Shown here piece by piece: positions 1 through 4,745 of a stretch of DNA of 5,244 nt. Every line of letters begins with the position of its first letter. Position 1 is the first letter of the stretch. This stretch comes from a virus (taxonomy: Duplodnaviria; Heunggongvirae; Uroviricota; Caudoviricetes). The DNA lies in IMG/VR virus record IMGVR_UViG_2740892233_000010; one strand, 5' to 3'. The notes below the pieces were generated by a model. That model searched no databases. It was not told the origin of the DNA and was given only the letters and a program-made list of their open reading frames with translations. The position numbers were made by a program, and so were the translations under genes.

Positions 1-704
1 TGCCCCACGGTTCCGTACTGCCCCTTTGACAGGTCCGCTTTCGGATGGTTAAGGCGGCTCATGTCCTGCACATCATGCAGACAATGGTCCGCCGGAATGA
101 TGTCGTTATATTTGCATGCTGCACCGCCCGGTGTCACCGTACTGCGGCGCGCCAGCTGCTTAATACGCGGGTCCGGACGGTCATATGTCTCCGGCAGCGG
201 AAGGCCTTCACCATATGCCATGCTGTTTGNNNNNNNNNNACAGGCGACACCGCCCGGTGTCACCGTACTGCGACGCGCCAGCTGCTTAATGCGCGGGTCC
301 GGACGGTCATATGTCTCCGGCAGCGGAAGGCCTTCACCATATGCCATGCTGTTTGACTGCCCCGCCAGAACCACAACAAAGTAATACTCCGGGTCTCTGG
401 TGGCGCTGATTACTGTGCCTTCTCCATCCGACGGCTTCACCAACACAGGTGTGGTGACATCACCTTCCGCCGCAATGGCCTGCATCAGAGTATAAGGCGT
501 GATGGCCACCGGGCTGCCAAATGGCTGCCACCCCTCCTTCAGTTTTTGTGTCAGCTTTTCCGCAAGGTCTGACGGCGACGCCGCCCTGACAACATCATAA
601 TGTTTAATCGNNNNNNNNNNGCCCTCTTTCAGTTTGTGTGTCAGCTTTTCCGCAAGGTCTGACGGCGACGCCGCCCTGACAACATCATAATGTTTAATCG
701 ACAT
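1..704 (-). CDS. nanS-p: Prophage sialate O-acetylesterase NanS-p-like (N-terminal DUF1737-type region plus SGNH/SASA esterase), 5' part; gene continues beyond window start
   Basis: Minus-strand ATG at 704-702 with GGGAG about 8 nt upstream. Manual translation: MSIKHYDVVRAASPSDLAEKLT(H/Q)KLKEGWQPFGSPVAITPYTLMQAIAAEGDVTTPVLVKPSDGEGTVISATRDPEYYFVVVLAGQSNSMAYGEGLPLPETYDRPDPRIKQLARRSTVTPGG..CKYNDIIPADHCLHDVQDMSRLNHPKADLSKGQYGTVG, open to position 1. The GQSN motif and N-terminal region match my recollection of NanS-p. The frame is interrupted by 10-N runs at 230-239 and 611-620 with duplicated flanks. Confidence 0.8.
   Translation of the reverse strand, partial: MSIKHYDVVRAASPSDLAEKLTHKLKEGXXXXIKHYDVVRAASPSDLAEKLTQKLKEGWQPFGSPVAITPYTLMQAIAAEGDVTTPVLVKPSDGEGTVISATRDPEYYFVVVLAGQSNSMAYGEGLPLPETYDRPDPRIKQLARRSTVTPGGVACXXXXNSMAYGEGLPLPETYDRPDPRIKQLARRSTVTPGGAACKYNDIIPADHCLHDVQDMSRLNHPKADLSKGQYGTVG
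122..356. repeat. Near-identical tandem duplication flanking a 10-N run (230-239); probable unmerged assembly overlap
   Basis: About 108 nt at 122-229 recur at 249-356 with 2 substitutions (synonymous cgt/cgc in the nanS-p frame). Copy edges next to the gap diverge (GGAAC vs GGVAC at protein level). Confidence 0.9.
532..700. repeat. Near-identical tandem duplication flanking a 10-N run (611-620)
   Basis: About 80 nt at 532-610 recur at 621-700 with about 3 substitutions near one edge, giving TQKLKEG vs THKLKEG in the nanS-p N-terminus. Confidence 0.9.
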
Positions 705-790
705 CGAATTTCTCCCGTGTACAGGAACAGAGTTAAAAAGCCGGAACCGGAATCAAATTACAGGATGGCCATCTGCCAGTGGCTGGTCGT

Positions 791-817
791 AAAAAAAAGG
801 CCACGCCATGCGCAGCC
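791..817 (-). terminator. Putative intrinsic terminator (minus strand)
   Basis: Minus-strand RNA GGCUGCGC-AUG-GCGUGGCC (8-bp stem with two G-U pairs; plus coordinates 799-817) followed by a U8 tract (A-run 791-798 on plus strand). Confidence 0.45.
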
Positions 818-922
818 GGAAATAAAGGGATAACGATGATAGTTTGAGAAAAACANNNNNNNNNNGGCCACGCCATGCGCAGCCGGAAATAAAGGGATAA
901 CGATGATAGTTTGAGAAAAACA
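799..922. repeat. Identical 57-nt tandem duplication flanking a 10-N run (856-865)
   Basis: 799-855 and 866-922 are identical by eye (ggccacgccatgcgcagccggaaataaagggataacgatgatagtttgagaaaaaca). Confidence 0.9.
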
Positions 923-1004
923 GAAACAACACTTTTGTGGCAAAGCATGGTGCCGGGTGCCTCCCGGTGAATTCAGTATCAGCACCTGAATNNNNNNNNN
1001 NATT

Positions 1005-1029
1005 GCCCGAACCCATTCGGGCATTTTTT
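1005..1029 (+). terminator. Intrinsic terminator (plus strand)
   Basis: Perfect hairpin GCCCGAA-CCCA-TTCGGGC (1005-1022) followed by ATTTTTT (1023-1029). Confidence 0.6.
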
Positions 1030-1035
1030 ACCCAT

Positions 1036-1059
1036 AAAAAAGCCCCTCCGGAGAGGGGC
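1036..1059 (-). terminator. Intrinsic terminator (minus strand), back-to-back with the plus-strand one
   Basis: Hairpin GCCCCTC-CGGA-GAGGGGC (1042-1059); on the minus strand it is followed by U6 (A-run 1036-1041 on plus strand). Confidence 0.6.
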
Positions 1060-1140
1060 ATGTTTGCATGCACATTCTTTTTCTTGCATGGTGCCGGGTG
1101 CCTCCCGGTGAATTCAGTATCAGCACCTGAATCCGCGATT

Positions 1141-1326
1141 ATCACATATACCTGGTTGCTGATTGCCCCTCCGCACAGGGGGATTCACCATGCAGTAGTA
1201 TTTTTAATAAACAGTAAACAAAAAAATCNNNNNNNNNNTCCCATATACCTGGTTGCTGATCGCCCCTCCGCACAGGGGGATTCACCATGCAGTAGTATTT
1301 TTAATAAACAGTAAACAAAAAAATCA
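1141..1326. repeat. Near-identical tandem duplication flanking a 10-N run (1229-1238)
   Basis: About 88 nt at 1141-1228 recur at 1239-1326 with a few substitutions (atcacatatacc vs tcccatatacc; gattgcccc vs gatcgcccc). Intergenic. Confidence 0.9.
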
Positions 1327-1490
1327 AGCATTATGCAGGCTGTTTCTTTTTATCACCGGCCACAGCAATACCACAATGCCGCAGACCAGCACCCCATCCG
1401 CCAGCACCGACATGATTCTGCTGGTGAAATCCACCATCACCACCAGAAACAGCAGGAGTGCAGCCACAGCCAGGCGCAGTTTTACCGTCA
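1324..1490 (-). CDS. Putative small membrane protein (about 55 aa, two predicted hydrophobic helices), possibly translationally coupled to the TerB-like gene
   Basis: GTG at 1490-1488 overlaps the TerB-like stop (GTGA) with GGAG 8 nt upstream; stop TGA at 1326-1324. Manual translation: (M)TVKLRLAVAALLLFLVVMVDFTSRIMSVLADGVLVCGIVVLLWPVIKRNSLHNA. Codon third positions look E. coli-like (ctg, gtg). Below the length cut-off of the supplied ORF track; no homolog recalled. Confidence 0.3.
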
Positions 1491-2098
1491 CTGGTGATTC
1501 TCCAGACGAAGACCCAGAACACCGGCAATCTCTTCCAGCACCTTGCGCTCTTCCGGCTCAATTTCGCCGTCTGCCTCCGCAATGGCCACCGCCACATCCA
1601 GCACATCTTCCGCTTCACGCGTATCGTGTTTCACATCCTCGATCTCACGTAACGCCGCACGACGACCAATTTTAAAGTTCGTATCCAGCTGACCGATAAT
1701 GGTTGCGCTAATCGCATTAATTTCTGACGTAAACGCGGACAGCGCAGGCTGATTACGCAGTACCTGTTCGATCTTCGCTTTCTAGGAAGCCTCACATTCA
1801 CCATCTGCANNNNNNNNNNAATCTCGCGTAACGCGGCACGACGACCAATTTTAAAATTGGTATCCAGCTGACCGATAATAGTTGCGCTAATCGCATTAAT
1901 TTCCGAGGTAAACGCAGACAACGCAGGCTGATTACGTAAGACCTGTTCGATCTTCGCTTTCTCGGATGCCTCGCATTCACCATCTGCATAGGCCACCAGG
2001 TATGCAGCGTTAATCACCGCCTGTGCCAGATCGCGTTTCTCAAACTTTTTAATTTCCGCTGCCGCTCTGCGGGTTTTCTTTTTGAAGATTCCAAACAT
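1487..2098 (-). CDS. TerB-family (tellurite-resistance TerB-like) protein, about 143 aa once the artefactual duplication is removed
   Basis: ATG at 2098-2096 with AGGAA 7 nt upstream; stop TGA at 1489-1487. Protein: MFGIFKKKTRRAAAEIKKFEKRDLAQAVINAAYLVAYADGECEASEKAKIEQVLRNQPALSAFTSEINAISATIIGQLDTNFKIGRRAALREIEDVKHDTREAEDVLDVAVAIAEADGEIEPEERKVLEEIAGVLGLRLENHQ. The two acidic ADG/SDG-containing helical repeats match the TerB pattern as I recall it. The literal span includes a duplicated 169-nt segment plus 10 N (1641-1819), which shifts the frame. Confidence 0.85.
1641..1988. repeat. Diverged tandem duplication (169 nt x2) flanking a 10-N run (1810-1819) inside the TerB-like gene
   Basis: 1641-1809 vs 1820-1988 differ at about 12 positions. 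Translated in the TerB frame all differences are synonymous except one: the left copy has TAG (plus 1782-1784, ctagga) where the right copy encodes Glu (ctcgga). Confidence 0.9.
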
Positions 2099-2230
2099 CG
2101 TGACGTTCCTTTGGGTGGGTGAGCCAACGCCCGGGAGCGATCTGCCCACAGAGAAAGTCACACTGACCACTCCGTAAGCTCACCCCCGAAAGGCTCTGTG
2201 GTTGATATGCGCCGGGCGTGGCGCAGATAC

Positions 2231-2254
2231 AAAAAAGGCCCGCCGAAGCGAGCC
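2231..2254 (-). terminator. Intrinsic terminator downstream of the tRNA cluster (minus strand)
   Basis: Minus-strand RNA GGCUCGC-UUCG-GCGGGCC (7-bp stem with one G-U pair, UUCG tetraloop; plus 2237-2254) followed by U6 (A-run 2231-2236), 14 nt after the tRNA-Arg(UCU) 3' end. Confidence 0.65.
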
Positions 2255-2267
2255 TGGAAAATAAGTG

Positions 2268-2344
2268 TGGCGCGTTGTAGTGGAGTCGAACCACTGACCG
2301 ATTGCTTAGAAGGCAATTGCTCTGTCCGACTGAGCTAACAACGC
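2268..2344 (-). tRNA. argO: tRNA-Arg (anticodon UCU)
   Basis: Manual cloverleaf: GCGTTGT-TA-GCTC(D)-GAGC, anticodon stem ATTGC/GCAAT, loop CTTCTAA (anticodon TCT), T-arm with GGTTCGACTCC, acceptor 3' ACAACGC, discriminator G, CCA encoded. 77 nt. Symbol assigned from position in the ileZ-argN-argO trio. Confidence 0.85.
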
Positions 2345-2357
2345 ATGATGCTGATAA

Positions 2358-2434
2358 TGGACCGCCATCGGGGACTTGAACCCCGCGCAGCCAGCTTCGA
2401 AGGCTGGCGCTCTGTCCCGATGAGCTAATGGCGG
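2358..2434 (-). tRNA. argN: tRNA-Arg (anticodon UCG)
   Basis: Manual cloverleaf: acceptor CCGCCAT/ATGGCGG (C1-G72), D-stem GCTC/GAGC, anticodon stem CCAGC/GCTGG, loop CTTCGAA (anticodon TCG), T-arm CGGGG-TTCAAGT-CCCCG, discriminator T, CCA encoded. 77 nt. Isotype read from the anticodon only. Confidence 0.8.
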
Positions 2435-2443
2435 TATGTGATA

Positions 2444-2519
2444 TGGTGGCCCTTGCTGGATTTGAACCAGCGACCTGGCGATTATGAGTCGCTCGCTCTC
2501 ACCACTGAGCTAAAGGGCC
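2444..2519 (-). tRNA. ileZ: tRNA-Ile2 (anticodon CAU, lysidine type; formally could be tRNA-Met)
   Basis: GGCCCTTTAGCTCAGTGGTGAGAGCGAGCGACTCATAATCGCCAGGTCGCTGGTTCAAATCCAGCAAGGGCCACCA, 76 nt. Perfect acceptor stem GGCCCTT/AAGGGCC, anticodon loop CTCATAA. Very close to E. coli ileX as I recall it. Confidence 0.85.
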
Positions 2520-2547
2520 GAGCCAAAAAATAATAATCAGATGAAAA

Positions 2548-3261
2548 TCAATAATCAAGCCCTTGCCTGGATACATATCTGTCTGGCGGGAAGCCATAAT
2601 AGCGGTGAAATACAGAAATAAAGTAGGACCTGCTTGAATAACCGCATTTTTCTGCTATAGCCTGTCCATATCCATGCCGGGAACATAACATATTTACAGC
2701 AACACGCATCCGCTCTTCCAGCAACAAGCGACTGAACATGCCCCCTTCATTTTTCAGTTTTGTCTTTAACAAACTCTCACTCATATGCAACTGTAGAGCA
2801 ATCGCACCAAGCGTCCAGCTTGCTGATATATCTGTCTGAATTATCGCCCTGACTTTGGCACTTATGCTGGATAAACATCCACTTAAAAACAATGACATCC
2901 GTTCATCTGTTTCAAACAGAGACAGGCAGGCCATCATAAGAAACATATCCGTGGCCTCTCCGGAAAATCCCTGGCTGGTAATTAAAGCCGCAGCCAACGC
3001 AGGATTGTTGGGTTCCAGCAACAGGTAAAGCGGAATGTCAGTCAGACGAGTCCTCGTCAGCTTATGCTGACTTTCCAGATATTGACTTACGACGGATTCG
3101 CTTATATCGACAATTTTAACTTTGCCATAATGCATAAGGAAAAGCTCCCTGATGCATTTGGTGGCCAGAACGACTGAGCCTGGCTTAAGTGACAACGTAT
3201 CCTTTTCAAGAAAAATATTAATTGGGGAGCAAACCATGATAACTGAACAGACAACAGCCAT
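2548..3261 (-). CDS. AraC/XylS-family transcriptional regulator (AppY/GadX-like), prophage-borne
   Basis: 237-aa ORF from ATG 3261 to TGA 2548-2550. C-terminal double HTH (WTLGAIALQLHMSESLLKTKLKNEGGMFSRLLLEERMRVAVNMLCSRHGYGQAIAEKCGYSSRSYFISVFHRYYGFPPDRYV). N-terminus MAVVCSV resembles AppY (MDYVCSV). Gene is visibly AT-rich and uses rare codons (manual count 5 ATA, 5 AGG, 1 AGA). Exact identity (PatE/Psr-like?) not resolved. Confidence 0.88.
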   Translation of the reverse strand: MAVVCSVIMVCSPINIFLEKDTLSLKPGSVVLATKCIRELFLMHYGKVKIVDISESVVSQYLESQHKLTRTRLTDIPLYLLLEPNNPALAAALITSQGFSGEATDMFLMMACLSLFETDERMSLFLSGCLSSISAKVRAIIQTDISASWTLGAIALQLHMSESLLKTKLKNEGGMFSRLLLEERMRVAVNMLCSRHGYGQAIAEKCGYSSRSYFISVFHRYYGFPPDRYVSRQGLDY

Positions 3262-3296
3262 TATAATTTTACTTTCATTAGCAATTGGTTAGCTCA

Positions 3297-3327
3297 ATTA
3301 TAGCCCCAAAAGGTAAATTATCATCAA
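3297..3327 (-). promoter_or_regulatory. Candidate sigma70 promoter for the AraC-family gene
   Basis: Minus-strand consensus -10 TATAAT (plus 3297-3302) with a TTGATG -35-like hexamer (plus 3322-3327), 19-bp spacer, about 35 nt upstream of ATG 3261, in an AT-rich leader. Spacer is longer than optimal. Confidence 0.3.
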
Positions 3328-3381
3328 CACATAAGCAAAGGACTGACAGGTGTCGCCCCCCCACCAGCCGCCCATTCACCA

Positions 3382-3409
3382 CAAATAAAAAGCCTTCAGG
3401 ACTGAAGGC
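3382..3409 (-). terminator. Intrinsic terminator overlapping the stop of the small upstream ORF (minus strand)
   Basis: Hairpin GCCTTCA-GGAC-TGAAGGC (3392-3409) followed on the minus strand by UUUUUAUUUG (plus A-run 3382-3390). The stop TGA (3398-3396) lies in the stem. Confidence 0.55.
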
Positions 3410-3593
3410 GTCTGTAACAACCGCACTGATAGTCTGCCAGACCCGCCATAACAAGCTGGGTCAGTATTAACTGGCAGCGTTCGCGTGAAAGGTAAGTATT
3501 CTGCGCAACCTCCCCGACTGTCGCCGGTTCGGTAACGCTTAATTCATTAAACACCACTCTGGCGGTTTCGGTCATATCCTGCTGTTTCAGCAT
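3396..3593 (-). CDS. Small putative winged-helix DNA-binding protein (PapI/FaeA-like), about 65 aa
   Basis: ATG at 3593 with AGGGA 7 nt upstream. MLKQQDMTETARVVFNELSVTEPATVGEVAQNTYLSRERCQLILTQLVMAGLADYQCGCYRRLQS. The layout (leader, TVGEVAQ...SRERCQLILTQLVMAGL helix pair) resembles PapI (…[30 protein letters not shown]…) as recalled. The longer ORF-track start at 3716 is a GTG inside the terminator U-tract and was not used. Confidence 0.5.
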   Translation of the reverse strand: MLKQQDMTETARVVFNELSVTEPATVGEVAQNTYLSRERCQLILTQLVMAGLADYQCGCYRRLQS

Positions 3594-3716
3594 GTCTTTT
3601 TCCCTTTTTCGGTTAACGTGACACACCAATAACTCTTGTCGAAAAAGCCAGCAAGCTGAAAGAACGGTATTAATAACCACCAGCGAATTTATTGCGCTGC
3701 TGTATATTACGGACAC

Positions 3717-3737
3717 AAAAAAACCACCTTCCGGTGG
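3717..3737 (-). terminator. Strong intrinsic terminator about 100 nt downstream of Q (tR'-like)
   Basis: Minus-strand RNA CCACC-GGAA-GGUGG (plus 3724-3737) followed directly by U7 (A-run 3717-3723). Confidence 0.7.
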
Positions 3738-3834
3738 CTTCCTTGTGCGAAAAAACTTGCATTTCGCCTCGCGATACAGCTTTGCGAAGCTTACAGGAAT
3801 TCAAGCTGTTTCTGCGTAAAAAAGCAAGCTTTTT
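3738..3834 (-). promoter_or_regulatory. Candidate Q-dependent late promoter (pR'-like) and qut region
   Basis: Positional inference only: the interval between the Q stop (3835) and the tR'-like terminator is where pR' and the qut site sit in lambdoid phages. Only weak hexamers visible (e.g. TTGCTT ... TTGAAT); not pinned down. Confidence 0.25.
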
Positions 3835-4377
3835 TTATCGAAATGAATCGTGCATAGGTACATAAAGCATGTGTTCAGCCACGGCTAACCAACCTGCAAT
3901 ACGTTTCTCACATGTGCTGAAACACCATTCCGGGTGAGTACGATTTAAACATTCTGCCATTTTTCTCTTACTCATTCCCCGTCCTTCGTACCTTTGCCGG
4001 AGAATATTGATTAGCCCGGGATATTCCCCAAGCACCTCACTGATAACGCGATCAATAATCAACGCCTCTGTGTCTGTACAATGTGACAACCAGCTCTTCT
4101 GCTTCCCTCTGGTCATATCCCGAAAAAATGCCTCAAGTTCCGGTTTTTCCAGCCCGGATTTCTTCATGCTGCGTAAAACCTCATTAACTGCTGTTTTCGT
4201 CAGCTTTTTCGAAACCAGTAACCGGTTAAACATATTTCCGGATTTACCCCCACCGATATACGACCACCGCCCCCACATCCGTAATTTCCCCTGGATCCAG
4301 ACTGCTTCCAGCGTGTTCAGGCGTAAATGTTCGCCGCTTTTGCCTGTAATTTCCGGATATATCATATTTACGCTCAC
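3835..4377 (-). CDS. Late-gene antitermination protein Q homolog (QuuD/933W-Q type)
   Basis: 180-aa ORF just downstream of rusA, overlapping its stop (GTGA at 4374-4377; alternative ATG at 4365). N-terminal WGRW motif and C-terminal region (ALIIDRVISEVLGEYPGLINILRQRYEGRGMSKRKMAECLNRTHPEW) line up with recalled DLP12 QuuD/933W Q (ERWGAWA...AMIICGCMARL...). Followed by a short leader and strong terminator. Confidence 0.7.
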   Translation of the reverse strand: MSVNMIYPEITGKSGEHLRLNTLEAVWIQGKLRMWGRWSYIGGGKSGNMFNRLLVSKKLTKTAVNEVLRSMKKSGLEKPELEAFFRDMTRGKQKSWLSHCTDTEALIIDRVISEVLGEYPGLINILRQRYEGRGMSKRKMAECLNRTHPEWCFSTCEKRIAGWLAVAEHMLYVPMHDSFR

Positions 4378-4733
4378 TCACTCTCAATTTTGTAAATCTT
4401 CACACCCAGCCGTCCACCAGATACTGGCTGACCGCGCACAATATTGATTTCATCAAACTGCTCGTCATCAATGAGCACTTCCGCATGCGTCAGCGCATCC
4501 AGCGGTGCTTTCAGAATGTTGTCCAGGTCACGGCGGCGCTTATCCGGTGGCTCTGCAATCACCTTTATCGCCAGCCTTCCGGACAGGCTTAATTTCAGCC
4601 GCTGCTGGCGAACAATAAGCGCCACAGCCCGGCGATAACGCTTTCCCTCCTCCGAGATAAAATATGTGCTGCCACGGCGTCGCCAGTAAGTGTTCACCGT
4701 CGGCGGGTAAGGTAAAACCAAATCTATGAGCAT
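4374..4733 (-). CDS. rusA: Holliday-junction resolvase RusA
   Basis: ATG at 4733 with strong SD (AAGAGGTGA) 5 nt upstream. MLIDLVLPYPPTVNTYWRRRGS...EGKRYRR...PPDKRRRDLDNILKAPLDALTHAEVLIDDEQ...GGRLGVKI shares the PDRRRRDLDN, DALT, DD.Q and GGRL blocks with E. coli RusA. Confidence 0.9.
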   Translation of the reverse strand: MLIDLVLPYPPTVNTYWRRRGSTYFISEEGKRYRRAVALIVRQQRLKLSLSGRLAIKVIAEPPDKRRRDLDNILKAPLDALTHAEVLIDDEQFDEINIVRGQPVSGGRLGVKIYKIESE

Positions 4734-4745
4734 CAGTCACCTCTT

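Larger units (their letters stand above)
945..1132. repeat. 47-nt direct repeat pair in different contexts around a 10-N run (992-1001)
   Basis: gcatggtgccgggtgcctcccggtgaattcagtatcagcacctgaat occurs at 945-991 (directly before the N run) and again at 1086-1132, after 84 nt of unique sequence (1002-1085) that contains two terminator hairpins. The upstream contexts of the two copies differ. Confidence 0.85.

Noticed and set aside
45-384. Plus-strand ORFs 45..356 and 61..384 from the ORF track
   Set aside because: They are antisense to the recognisable NanS-p-like coding frame and span an N run with duplicated sequence, which inflates their length.
730-750. CCGGAACCGG-containing segment upstream of the nanS-p start as a terminator or operator
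   Set aside because: Only a 4-bp self-complementary core with a 2-nt loop; too weak to call.
733-1314. ORFs 733..948, 753..1145, 758..1024 (minus) and 937..1314 (plus)
   Set aside because: They cross N runs, duplicated segments and terminator hairpins in an intergenic region; no SD or coding-like codon bias seen.
1253-1675. Plus-strand ORF 1253..1675 and minus-strand ORFs 1331..1618, 1798..1989, 2049..2294, plus-strand 1458..1652
   Set aside because: Alternative frames or antisense of the TerB-like gene, or running through the terminator and tRNA region; the TerB frame has clear family resemblance, these do not.
3285-3470. Plus-strand ORF 3285..3470
   Set aside because: Lies in the AT-rich leader and terminator region antisense to the small winged-helix ORF; no SD or homology.
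3594-3716. N-terminal extension of ORF 3396..3716 (MSVIYSSAINSLVV...)
   Set aside because: The extension starts at a GTG inside the terminator U-tract with no SD and is AT-rich leader-like; the internal ATG at 3593 has an AGGGA SD at ideal spacing.
3790-3835. A6-GCAAGC-T7 quasi-palindrome at the Q stop as a terminator
   Set aside because: The arms do not pair beyond the central AAGCTT; the A and T runs alone do not make a stable stem.
4007-4638. Plus-strand ORFs 4007..4447 and 4444..4638, minus-strand ORF 4540..4740
   Set aside because: Antisense or alternative frames of the Q and rusA genes, which have family-level support.
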